Source of the DNA: Candidatus Cloacimonadales bacterium
GTDB lineage: Bacteria > Cloacimonadota > Cloacimonadia > Cloacimonadales > DAONDQ01
DNA: 64,000 bases
NCBI GenBank assembly: GCA_963662275.1
Contig: OY759316.1
Location: forward strand, 1,216,001 to 1,280,000
Direction: 5' to 3'
The notes below the pieces were generated by a model, which was not told the DNA's origin, searched no databases, and saw only the letters and a list, made by a program, of their open reading frames with translations. This document shows, one piece after another, positions 18,801-29,500 of the stretch. A program made the translations under genes and the position numbers. How positions within the stretch are numbered: the first letter of the stretch is position 1; each line of letters starts with the position of its first letter.

Positions 18801-20017
18801 TTCTTCCTATATTCCAAGACAAAATACTGGGTGGAAATAGATGAATTGATTCGATAGCAGTTATTTGTTGAAGTTGCCAATGAATTTAAAGTATAAGTGC
18901 CTGCTGTGCTGATGACAGGGATACTGCTGATCCACAGTCCGTATTTGAATTTCATATAGGCACTCATATGTTGGGGTGGATTTTGATCATTTTCCATGAT
19001 ATCCCAACCTCCCACAGGCGAAACCGGTTGGGTTGTGTAATGATAAAGATCAGGAGCACCTAAAGAATGAAACATTTCATGGCAAAGAACACCTACGCCC
19101 CTGGAAGCCATGAACAAAGATAATTGGAAATTGTAATCGTACACACGTTTAGTATTGATATACACATTCATGGAATATAAACTCCAACGGTGAGGCCAAA
19201 GCAATTCAGCCCAACCATCTGAATTACCCTGGATGACGAAACAGACATTATCTACTTTCCCATCATTGTCGGCATCAATATTGAGTGATGTTGGGATGGC
19301 AGAGCGAACAGCCATAACAGCATCCCTAAGAAGTGTATGCTCTCTGGAAGTGGAATTTGAACTTGTATATCCTATTAAATTACTTGTGGAATCATAGGGG
19401 CTATAATATGCACGCGGGTGACTATCCTGGTAACTCAGGACAGTTGTACCGGGCGTAGGGTAGAAGCTAGTGGCTATATTCAGTTGATTATAGGAAGCTT
19501 CACTAAAGTAGGACTGCATTGTATTACCCGTAGTACCATTGAACATAGAGGAATATGTGGAGATGTTGTCTGTAAATTCAGTTTGGTCAGAGAAACGTAT
19601 GAAGATGACAATGTTATTCAGTGTACCGGAATGGGGTGCTCTACCTTCATTATGAGATGTTACTCTCTGGTTGCCAATCTGCCTGATTCGTCCAATTTCT
19701 TCAGATGATTTATTTACATTCGGCTTAATGCCTCGCATCATCGGGTTATCCTTACCCACAATGAGTGAAGATGGCACAATATCAGAACCTGCTTGCTGTG
19801 CATATACATACCAGCCCTTTGAATCGCGTATGATTGTATAACCGTCTTTGTCATGCGACCAGTTATAGAATTCATCACCTGAAGCAAAAACATTGAGAAT
19901 TGTTCCATCCGGTTGCTTCAAGGTAATAGGTTGGTTATTCACATAGGCGGCAAAGAGGATAGTTTGGAAAATAATCGTAATCAGAACTAATAAGAACATA
20001 TGTTTAACTGCTTTCAT
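15857..20017 (-). CDS. M6 family (immune inhibitor A-like) metalloprotease with FN3 and Ig-like (choice-of-anchor D type) domains
   Basis: LWPHRW, CHEMFHSLGAPDLY, WDIM Met-turn, YFVLEYR; signal peptide; start at ATG 20017 after GGAG. Confidence 0.85.
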   Translation of the reverse strand: MKAVKHMFLLVLITIIFQTILFAAYVNNQPITLKQPDGTILNVFASGDEFYNWSHDKDGYTIIRDSKGWYVYAQQAGSDIVPSSLIVGKDNPMMRGIKPNVNKSSEEIGRIRQIGNQRVTSHNEGRAPHSGTLNNIVIFIRFSDQTEFTDNISTYSSMFNGTTGNTMQSYFSEASYNQLNIATSFYPTPGTTVLSYQDSHPRAYYSPYDSTSNLIGYTSSNSTSREHTLLRDAVMAVRSAIPTSLNIDADNDGKVDNVCFVIQGNSDGWAELLWPHRWSLYSMNVYINTKRVYDYNFQLSLFMASRGVGVLCHEMFHSLGAPDLYHYTTQPVSPVGGWDIMENDQNPPQHMSAYMKFKYGLWISSIPVISTAGTYTLNSLATSTNNCYRINSSISTQYFVLEYRKKTGTFESSVPGSGLMIYRINTTASGNASGPPDEVYAYRPNGTTLVNGDLSTAFFSDEAGRIIFNQYTNPKPFLYDDSVYGLNLNSIGSSAGNSITFTYSTSNPLTPLSENFENGFTSLPWTLSGNANWSIDTANYFNGAKSAKSGVITHSQSSVMQVTTPCIAGQVSFFYKVSSESGYDYLKFYIDGVLKSKWSGVVDWSMAAFNITAGDHILKWEYMKDGSVTYGSDCAWVDYIAYPAVTFNPPQTLTAVASIGFITLNWLVPSSGTPISYKVYRNGSLLTTQTGLTYVDNTVINGTSYTYYVKAAYTNPSGESVASNTINVTPISTAVISIGTETTVSRKPISTYYGYERSANLFLQSEVPIYGTVNYLTWYPTIATTAAIPTKIYLKTITASSLTADSWSNMILGATLVYDASITAPAINTWLNLDITDYPYSGNNLLVLMECNYGGSGSGVSAGSGFQYSVSAANMVQNWQKDTDAPITNGTLSSQRPNIQITMGNIQSTPSFSVSPSSIDYGTIVYTTVSDSRTVTITNTGGRTLTISSITKTGLYPNSFIITDTNTYPKLLNTGQSMTISVVMTATDLGTKTASIRVTDTLTKQTHDVTLTGTSSDPTVVTYPYTEGFEGALFPPFGAVNAPIAPSTQSFDKQTTGTYPICSPHSGAAMLRYNSYSIATGNSAFLALPPLRMVLSKNFRVKFWMYRDSLYASNADSINVYFNSTQNLTSATLLGTIHRARGMSPTITAVGWYEYSFDFPINQGSNKRYVLFQAGSKYGNNIFIDDITVEEVIQLPVFNIDRTALDYGCVNIGSSKTLQFTISNTGTVAMTGSITALPGFSVSIATGSKKMLESRNALSYNLAAGDSSIFDLEFTPDTSGLVDSNLTISSNDINHSSNIIHISGIGFAAPQVEAQITIDGNQLSWPTVIGADGYNIYYADSLEGTFELISTVSGTSYPIPTEIHSGFYKITAISPSTKSQLIRDKR

Positions 20018-20222
20018 TGTCATCTCCAAGAAAAGGATAATTATTGATAGAAAAAATGGTATGGATTGTCAAGGAAAGGTTAAGAAAAATAGAAATTATG
20101 AGTTATATACATGAATAACACATGAAAGAGCTACTTGAACATTGAAGGAGGTTGCACATTTTTCAAAGTTCGAAACCGTAGACAAGGATAGGCGAAAGGA
20201 ATTTGCTCCAATAGTCAGTTAG

Positions 20223-20252
20223 ACCCCCCTACCCCCCTTCCCAAGGGGGGAG
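20223..20252. repeat. CCCCCTACCCCCCTT-N-AAGGGGGG hairpin repeat (copies ~33238-33268, 52457-52502, 52575-52620, 54085-54112)
   Basis: Read directly; the 52457 and 52575 copies are a 46-bp near-perfect direct repeat. Confidence 0.8.
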
Positions 20253-20322
20253 GAAATCTTCTTGCCTTCTGTCCTTCTTGCCTTCTGTCCTTGCTACAAG
20301 CTATCAGCAATAAGCTTCTACC

Positions 20323-23300
20323 TTACTTCATCAGTATCATCTTCCTGGTACAGGAATAACTTCCTGATTGCATTTTATAGAAATACAATCCACTACCAAG
20401 AGCGTTACTCTTATCGTCGGTGCCATTCCAAGTGACAGTATGATTACCGGCATCGGTATATGTATTCACTAAAGTCCTGACTTTTTGTCCTAGAGCATTA
20501 TATATATCGAGAGAAACATGACCTGGCTTAGTAACACTGTAGGATATTTCTGTAGAAGGGTTGAATGGATTCGGATAGTTTCCATTCAAAGCCGTGATCA
20601 TGGGCATGGTTGGGTCATGATTGCCAGTAATTGTAATGAGAGCGGGTTGAGATTCGCCTTCTGTATATACGGCAGTAACTCCAATTGTAGATAAACCATT
20701 AGGTAAATTAGTGATATCATATTCGAAAGCTATCGTTGTCATTGATTCATAGAGATTGTTATTTAGATATATCTTGAAACCGGTAAGACTGCGATCAGGA
20801 ATATCACCTGGATTGACAGAAGAATTTTTACCAGTGATAGCTTGAACAGACCAAGTTAAATGAACGCTATTCCCGGTAATAATTGTAGCCGATAGGTTGG
20901 ATGGGGGAGTTAAAGGCGGTGCAACTGGTCTTACTGCGATATGTGGTGTAGATACAGATTCTCCTGTAGGGTTTGTATATGTAGCAGTAATCCAGAACAT
21001 GTAAGATGTGTTATTGGTTAAACCAGGATAAGTATAATTCAGCACTGTAGGAGCTAATGTAGTAACAAAAAAATTGCTATTCCGAAATACCTTATAGCTT
21101 GTGGGTGTGCCGCTTATAGGAGCATTCCATGTTAAAATAGCAGATTCATTTCCTGGTGTTGCGGTAAAACCTGTAGGCGGATTAAATGCATAAGCTGGAA
21201 TAATTACGGTAGATTCATTACTAAAATTGGATTCCCCAGAGGGATTTGAATAGTAACAGGTAACCTGATAGACGTAAGTTCCAGGGACTAGACCGCTGTC
21301 GACATATTGCAGAGCAGTTGGATTTGCAATCGTTTGTAGAAGTGAACCACCTCGATAGATTTTAACACCTGCCAAGCTACGGCTGGGTAATTGAGTTGAA
21401 GTTGGAAGTGCCCAATTCAGAGTAATTTCATTCCATGCAGTTTGTGTACCAACCAAGTTGGTTGGCGGGTTTCCCACAGCGATAAACGGATAGGAGAGAT
21501 AGTCTACCCAAGCACAATCAGTACCGTCAGTAAGACTCTCATTTTTTATATACTCCCATTTCAGGATATGACCACCGGCAGAGATATTGAAAGAGACCAT
21601 TCCCCAATTACTTTCTCCCGACCATTGATTCTGAAGAATGTCATCAATGTAGAAATTCAGGAAATCATTATTTACTTCAGACGATATTTTATAGAAAAAG
21701 CTGACTTGACCAGCATTGCATGTAATGCTGGTTTGCATAACTGAAGATTGAGTTTCTGAAATAAAACCGGATTTAGCGCTTTTAATACCATTGTAATGAT
21801 TAGCAGTCGTTATTGTCCAATTAGAATCTCCTGAAAATGTCCATGGGAGATAAGTGAATCCAGACTCAAAACTATCAACGGCAATGGGAAGTGAACTTTG
21901 AGGGGTGTAAGTGAATGAAATAGTATTTCCAGTCGCATTACCAATATTAGATAAGGCGATATTCCCATTTATGCCGTCTGAAAGAAACGGACTCGGATTC
22001 GTATACTGATTGAATATAGTGCGTCCCACATCAAAACCGAAGTTTGCTAAGTTAATATCTCCATCATTATCAGTTGTACCATTAACACGATAGGCGTAGA
22101 CTTCATCAGGAGGACCACCGGCATTCCCTTCTTCGTTCATATTAATTCTATAAATAACTAAACCACTTCCTGGCAGGCTCGATTCAAAAACTCCTGTCTG
22201 TTTCCGATATTCCAGGACATAGTATTCTGTTGTTGAATTTGAAGTATCAATTCGATAACAATTATTCGTGGGATTTACCAGTGAATTCAATGTATAAGTT
22301 CCAGGAGTACTGATCACAGGAATGCTCTCGATCCATAAACCATACTTAAATTTCATATAAGCACTCATATGCTGGGGAGGGTTAGCATCCCATTCCATGA
22401 TATCCCATCCTCCAACAGGTGTATTACCATCATAAGAATAGTGATACAAGTCGGGTGAACCAAGTGAATGGAACATTTCATGGCAAAGAACTCCAACACC
22501 CCTATCTTGTAAGAATAATGACAGTTGGAAATTATAATCATACACCATTTTTCCATTGATAAACACTTCCTGGCTATTTAAATACCAGCGATGAGGCCAT
22601 AATAATTCATTCCAACCATCAGAATCACCTTCAATAATGAAACATACATTATCCACATTACCATCATCGTCTCCATCGATATTGAGTGATGAAGGTATTG
22701 CCGAATTAACACCATTGATAGCATTTGCTAATAGCGTATGTTCTCTTGACTGTCGTTCATCTCCGTTAGCACCACCTTCGTAACCAATCGTGTTGAGAGA
22801 GGCATCATACGGACTGTAATATGCACGAGGGTGGCTGTCTTGCCAACTAACGACAAATGTGTTTGGAAGCGGGTAGAAACTAGTAGATACATTGAGTTGA
22901 TTATAAGATGCTTCATTAAAATAGGCTTGCATTGTGTTTCCCGTCATACCATTGAACAAGGAGTTGTATGATGAGATATTTTCATTAAATTCAGGCTGAT
23001 CAGAGAAACGGATGAATATAGTAATGTTATTTAAAGTACCCGAGTGCGGTGCGCGACCATCACCTTGCGATGTCATCCGCTGATTGCCTATTCTTCTTAT
23101 ACGACCGATTTCTTCCGATGATTTATTCACATAAGGTTGTATACCCGTAATAGCGGGGTTTACTTGTCCGACAATATAAGATGAAGGTTCAATATCTGAG
23201 CCAGCCTGTTTAGCATAGACATACCAGCCTTTGCTGTTTCGAACGACCGTATAACCGTCTTTGTCCTTTACCCAATTATAGAATTCATCTCCTGTAGCAA

Positions 23301-23430
23301 AGAGATTCAGGACGATACCATCAGGTTGCTTGAGTGTAATGGGATGACTTTTTACGTAACTAGCAAATAGAATTGTATTGCAGCTAACAGAAAGAAGAAG
23401 AAACAAAAACAGTAACTTAATCGGTTTCAT
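20323..23430 (-). CDS. M6 family metalloprotease with FN3 repeats and FlgD-Ig/T9SS-like C-terminal domain
   Basis: CHEMFHSLGSPDLY; C-terminus NYPNPFNPST.I.Y...YNALGQKVRTL...SGLYFYKM...RKMILMK. Confidence 0.88.
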   Translation of the reverse strand: MKPIKLLFLFLLLSVSCNTILFASYVKSHPITLKQPDGIVLNLFATGDEFYNWVKDKDGYTVVRNSKGWYVYAKQAGSDIEPSSYIVGQVNPAITGIQPYVNKSSEEIGRIRRIGNQRMTSQGDGRAPHSGTLNNITIFIRFSDQPEFNENISSYNSLFNGMTGNTMQAYFNEASYNQLNVSTSFYPLPNTFVVSWQDSHPRAYYSPYDASLNTIGYEGGANGDERQSREHTLLANAINGVNSAIPSSLNIDGDDDGNVDNVCFIIEGDSDGWNELLWPHRWYLNSQEVFINGKMVYDYNFQLSLFLQDRGVGVLCHEMFHSLGSPDLYHYSYDGNTPVGGWDIMEWDANPPQHMSAYMKFKYGLWIESIPVISTPGTYTLNSLVNPTNNCYRIDTSNSTTEYYVLEYRKQTGVFESSLPGSGLVIYRINMNEEGNAGGPPDEVYAYRVNGTTDNDGDINLANFGFDVGRTIFNQYTNPSPFLSDGINGNIALSNIGNATGNTISFTYTPQSSLPIAVDSFESGFTYLPWTFSGDSNWTITTANHYNGIKSAKSGFISETQSSVMQTSITCNAGQVSFFYKISSEVNNDFLNFYIDDILQNQWSGESNWGMVSFNISAGGHILKWEYIKNESLTDGTDCAWVDYLSYPFIAVGNPPTNLVGTQTAWNEITLNWALPTSTQLPSRSLAGVKIYRGGSLLQTIANPTALQYVDSGLVPGTYVYQVTCYYSNPSGESNFSNESTVIIPAYAFNPPTGFTATPGNESAILTWNAPISGTPTSYKVFRNSNFFVTTLAPTVLNYTYPGLTNNTSYMFWITATYTNPTGESVSTPHIAVRPVAPPLTPPSNLSATIITGNSVHLTWSVQAITGKNSSVNPGDIPDRSLTGFKIYLNNNLYESMTTIAFEYDITNLPNGLSTIGVTAVYTEGESQPALITITGNHDPTMPMITALNGNYPNPFNPSTEISYSVTKPGHVSLDIYNALGQKVRTLVNTYTDAGNHTVTWNGTDDKSNALGSGLYFYKMQSGSYSCTRKMILMK

Positions 23431-23588
23431 ATTCACCTCTTTAATAATTTTATATTAACAATTGGATATTAAAAGATATTGTCAAGAAAATTGCGTAATA
23501 AAAGTAGAGACGCCCAATTGGGGCGTCTCTACGAGAATCAAGTTATTGAGGAAATGAGACGCCCAGGTTGGGCGTCTCTACGATTATC

Positions 23589-26500
23589 TTATTTCAATAA
23601 AACCATCTTTTTGAGATAAGAGTAATTCCCAGCTTTCATCTGATAGAAATAGATACCACTGCTAAGAGGTACTCCTTTCTCAGCATTGCCATTCCAAGTT
23701 GTAGTATGATTACCGGCTTCGATCCTTGAATTCACTAGCGTTTTAACTTTTTGCCCTAAGGCATTATAAATTTCAATAGATACATAGTCGGTTTTTCGAA
23801 TACTATAGGAAATAACAGTTGTAGGATTGAATGGATTTGGATAATTTCCATGTAGAGCAGTTAATATTGGCATCATAGGATCCTGGTTGCCAACTACCGA
23901 TATCGTATTACTGGGATCTGATTCCCCTTCTGTATAGAGAGCTGTTACTTTGTAACTATAGCTGCCATTCACAATATCCATAACATCATAAACCAGTGTT
24001 TGCGGGTTCATAACATCTTGGATGGAGATGTTATTTTGATAAATCCTATATCCCAGAAGACTACGATTTGGATATTCAGCATCTTTATTGGAGACAACGT
24101 GTTCTTCTATCACAGGTGCATCCCATGCAAGATGGACTGAATTACCTGTCATAATTGAGCCTGTGAGATTAGTTGGTGGATTCAAGAGTGGTGCAAGAGG
24201 CGTTACTGTGATGTGTTCAGTTCCAGCAGATTCACCCGTCGGATGAGTGTATGTTGCAGTAATCCAGAACTCATAGGGAGTTCCATTTATTAAATCAGTA
24301 CTTTGATAGGTTGTCACTGTGGAATCAAAAGTTGCAGCTAGTTCATTATTACGATAGATTTTATAACCAGTTTGCGTTCCACTTACAGGTGCAGCCCAAG
24401 TTAAAGTCGCTGAAGCATTTCCAGCAACTGCAGCAAAGTTGGTCGGCGGATTGAATTCATAGGGTGGAATCGTGATTGAAGCATCATTGCTAAATGCTGA
24501 TTCACCAACAGGATTAGTATAGAAACAAGTGACCTGGTAGAGGTAAGTACCTGGAACAACACTACTATCGGCAAACTGAACTGCAGTTATATTGGCTATA
24601 GTTTCCAGGAGACTGCTATTTCGATAGATTTTTACTCCAGCCAGGCTGCGATCACGGAATAATCCTTCATAACGTTTCACTGCACCCGGAATTATCTCTT
24701 CGGGAAGCTGCCAGGTTAATGTAACCACATTCCATGCAGTTTGAACTGCACTTAAGTTTGTAGGGGGATTCATTGGTGGTGTTTCCAGAATGACAGTTAT
24801 GTGTGCTGTGGCTGCAGATTCTCCTGTCGGATTGGAATAAGTTGCTGTAACCCAGTACTCATAAGTTGTGCTGTAAGATAAACCAGTATTAGTATAAGTC
24901 AATACACTAGCAGCCAAAGTTGTCAGAAGTGTGTTATTGCGATATACTTTGTAACCAGTCGGTGTCCCGCTTGTGGGCGCAGCCCATGTTAATGTTGCCA
25001 ATTCATGACCGGCAAGTGCATTGAAGTTTGTGGGTGGGTTGAACACATACGCAGGAATAATTACAGTTGCTTCATTACTATATGGTGATTCACCAATGGG
25101 ATTTGTGTAATAGCAAGTGACTTTATAGATATAGGTTCCGGGAACCACACTGGTATCTATATACTGAGTTGTTGTTGCATTTGGTATAGTATGGAGAAGG
25201 CTTCCATTCCGATAGACTTTCACTGCTGCCAAGCTTCTATCAGATTGATTTGTTTTGAGTTGAGTATATCCTTCACGTGTCAAACTATTACCGTTATTAC
25301 TACTACTTTTACTTCTAGCTGGTAACTGCCAGGTTAGAGTAACAGCATTCCATGCAGTTTGAATAGCAACTAAATTGGTTGGTGGATTAAATGTAGGTGC
25401 GACCGGTGTTACTGTGATATGCGTTGTTGCTGGTGATTCACCTGTGGGATTCGAATAGACCGCAGTAATCCAGAACTCGTAAGCTATTCCATTGGTTAGT
25501 CCAGTATTTGTATAGGACATAACAGTTGAAGCCAAAGTTGTTACTAAGGTATTATTCCGATATACTTTGTAATTTGTTGGCGTACCGCTCGTAGGAGCAC
25601 TCCAGGTTAATGCTGCTGATGCATTTCCAGCAACTGCGTGAAAATTTGTAGGTGGATTGAAAGTCGTTACAGGTATCGTAACAGATGATTCATTACTATA
25701 TGCTGATTCACCTGTAGGATTCGTATAGTAACAAGAGACTTTGTAGATATAAGTACCAGGAAGCACGCCAGTGTCCACATACTGAACAGCAGTCGCATTA
25801 GCGATCGTTTGAAGGAGTGTATTATTACGATAGACTTTCACCCCGGTTAAACTCCTACTTGGTAATGGTGCTAATGGCAGGACATTACCATTACGAGTTT
25901 GGTTTTGAATTGTTCCAATTGAGATAGGCTTAACCGTCATGGGACTGGATTCACTTCTGACAGTAAAATCATCACTGTTAAAATGGATTACATTTCTACT
26001 CCCGGATACGGTGATATCATCGAGAAACCAGTAATACCACAAACCATCCATATTAGGACCATCAATTCCCTGCCAGGCTAGTTTTATATTCTGTCCGGCA
26101 TAAGCAGATAAACTGATTGTATATGGAGTAGTATAGGGATTTTCCAATTCTGGGAGTGTGGAAGCATCCCATAATACTGTCCAGGAACTGCCGTTGTTGG
26201 TGGATACTTTCACATAATAATGATCCAGGTTGGTTGAACCTTGAAAACAGTAAGACCAGAATGTAAGATTTCCAGCAGAAGGACAAACAAATTGAGGTGT
26301 GATCAGCCATTCATCCTGGTGATTCATGGACCACCACAAACCTACTTGCTTGACTCCTCCATGGGGCATGGCTACAGGATCTGTATTGATAGTACCAACT
26401 TGGCACCAGGTTGGGAGAACACCATAAGTATTGGTACTGTGATCGGTGATAGTTTGAGTCCAACCGGTAGCAGGGAAAGTACCTTCAAAACCTTCCGTTA

Positions 26501-29500
26501 TTCCTCCGGGAGTTGTACTTGGAAGTTGCCAAGTCAATGTTACTGTACTGGCAGCAGTTAGTGTTGCAACCAGATTGGTTGGAGGATTTAGAGTAGGCAC
26601 ACTCGGTGTAACGGTGATATGAGTTGTAGCAGATGATTCACCAACAGGATTTGTATATGTGGCAGTCATCCAGAATTCGTAAGGTGTTCCATTTGTTAAA
26701 CCGGTATTTGTGTAGGTCATAACTGTTGATGCTAAAGTTGTAACAAGTGTGCTATTGCGGAATACTTTATACCCGGAAGGAGTACCACTCATAGGGGCAC
26801 TCCAGGTTAAAATGGCAGAAGCATTTCCAGCGACGGCATTGAAGTTTGTGGGTGGATTGAAACTCGTCCCAGGTATCGTGACAGATGATTCATTACTATA
26901 TACTGATTCACCTGTGGGATTCGTATAGTAACAAGAGACTTTGTAGATATAAGTGCCGGGAAGCACGCCAGTGTCCACATACTGAACAGCAGTCGCATTA
27001 GCAATCGTTTGAATGAGTGTATTATTACGATAGACTTTTACTCCGGTTAAACTCCTACTTGGTAATGGTGCTAATGGCAGGACATTGCCACTTCGAGTTT
27101 GGTTTTGAATTGTTCCCATTGAGACAGGCTTAACCGTCAAAGGACTTGTTTCACTTCTGACAGTAAAATCATCACTGTTAAAACGGATCACATTTCTACT
27201 ACCGGAGACAGTGATATCATCGAGAAACCAGTAATTCCATATCCCATCCATACTGGGTCCATCAATCCCCTGCCAGGCTAGTTTTATATTCTGTCCTGCA
27301 TAAGCAGATAAACTGATTGTATAAGGAGTGGTGTAGTGATTTTCCAATTGAGGAAGAGTGGAGGCATCCCATAATACTGTCCAGGAACTGCCATTATTGG
27401 TGGATACTTTCACATAATAATGATCCAGTTTGGTAGAACCTTGTGTACAGTATGACCAGAATGTCAGATTTCCAGCAGAAGGACAAACAAATTGAGGTGT
27501 GATCAGCCATTCGTCCTGGTGATTCATGGACCACCACAAACCTACCTGTTTGACTCCACCATGGGGTGTGGCAGAAATTGAACTAATAGCACCTACCTGG
27601 CACCAGGTTGGAAGAACACCATAAGTATTGGTACTGTTATCGGTTATGGTTTGAGTCCAACCAGCAGCAGGGAATGTACCTTCAAAACCTTCCGTTATAC
27701 CTCCGGTTGTTGTACCTGGAAGTTGCCAAGTCAATGTCACTGTACTGGCAGCAGTTTGTGTAGCAACCAGATTGGTTGGAGGATTTAGAGAAGGCACACT
27801 CGGTGTAACGGTGATATGAGCTGTAGCAGGTGATTCACCGACAGGATTTGTATAGGTGGCAGTCATCCAGAATTCATAAGGTGTGCCGTTCGTTAATCCG
27901 GTATTCGTGTAGGTCATAACTGTTGATGCTAAAGTTGTAACAAGTGTGCTATTGCGGAATACTTTATACCCGGAAGGAGTACCACTAATAGGGGCATTCC
28001 AGGTTAAAATGGCTGAAGTATTTCCAGCGACCGCATTGAAGTTTGTGGGTGGATTGAATCCGGTTGAATTGCTCGACAAACCAATATAATCCACCCATGC
28101 ACAATCTGAACCAACTGATTCACTTTCGTCCTTCGAATAAACCCATTTTAGAACATGATTACCGGCAGTGATGTCAAAGGTTGCGAATGACCAATTTACT
28201 TCACCTGACCATTCACTTTTTATAACACCATCTACATAGAAATACAAGAAATCAAAATCGTTTTCAGAAGATACTTTATAGTAGAAATTGACTTGTCCTG
28301 TAATGGATGTTACATTAACCTGCATGGTAGTTTCTTGGCTGTGTGTGATGACTCCGGATTTTGCACTTTTAATACCATTATAATGCTGAACTGTATCAAT
28401 AGTCCAATTGGCATTTCCGGAAAAAGTCCAAGGGAGAGAAGTGAATCCACTTTCAAAATTCTCGATGATTGGAACTTGGGGAATCTGGGAGCCATAATTG
28501 AAGGTAATTGAATTTCCAGATGAACTACCAATGCTTGATAGAGTTATATCTCCCATAGTTCCTGTGGAAAGAAAAGGATTCGGATTCGTATTCGAATTGA
28601 AAGTAGTACGTCCTACTTCTGTACTGAAATTTGCCTGATCGACATCTCCATTGTCTGTCATTGTGCCATTGACACGATAAGCATAGACTTCATCAGGAGG
28701 TCCATCGTCATTTCCAACAACGGCGGAATTGATTCTATATACGATTAACCCACTTCCTGGCAAACTGTTTTCAAAGGTTCCTGTTTTTTTCCTATATTCC
28801 AGGACGTAATACTCTGTGGTAGAATTTGCTGTATTGATTCGATAGCAGTTATTTGTGGAATTCACCAAGGAATTCAATGAATACGTACCTGCTGCATTGA
28901 TGACTGGAATGCTGCTGATCCATAACCCATATTTAAATTTCATATAAGCACTCATATGCTGGGGAGGATTAGTATTTCCTTCCATTATGTCCCAATATCC
29001 TACAGGTTCATTACCATCATCAATATAGTGATAGAGATCAGGAGCTCCAATTGAATGGAACATTTCATGACATAAAACACCTACACCTTCAGTAGCCATT
29101 GAGCCGGATAATTGGAAATTATAATCATAAACGCGTTTTGTATTGATTGTAACTGTTTGTGAATAAAGAACCCAACGATGAGGCCATAATAAATCGTTCC
29201 ACCCATCTGTATTTCCCTGGATAACGAAACATACATTATCTACATTCCCATCGTTATCGCCATCAATATTTAACGTTGTAGGGATTGCTGAACGAACAGC
29301 AGTAACGGCATTAACGAGTAATGTATGCTCTCTTGACATGACATCTGCTTCTTGATATCCAATCGTGTTAGTTGTGACATTATATGGTCTATAATAATTG
29401 CGGGGATGGCTATCCTGCCAACTAACGACAATCGTTCCTGGGATTGGATAGAAGGTTGATGTGACATTTAACTGATTATATGAAGCTTCATTAAAATAAG

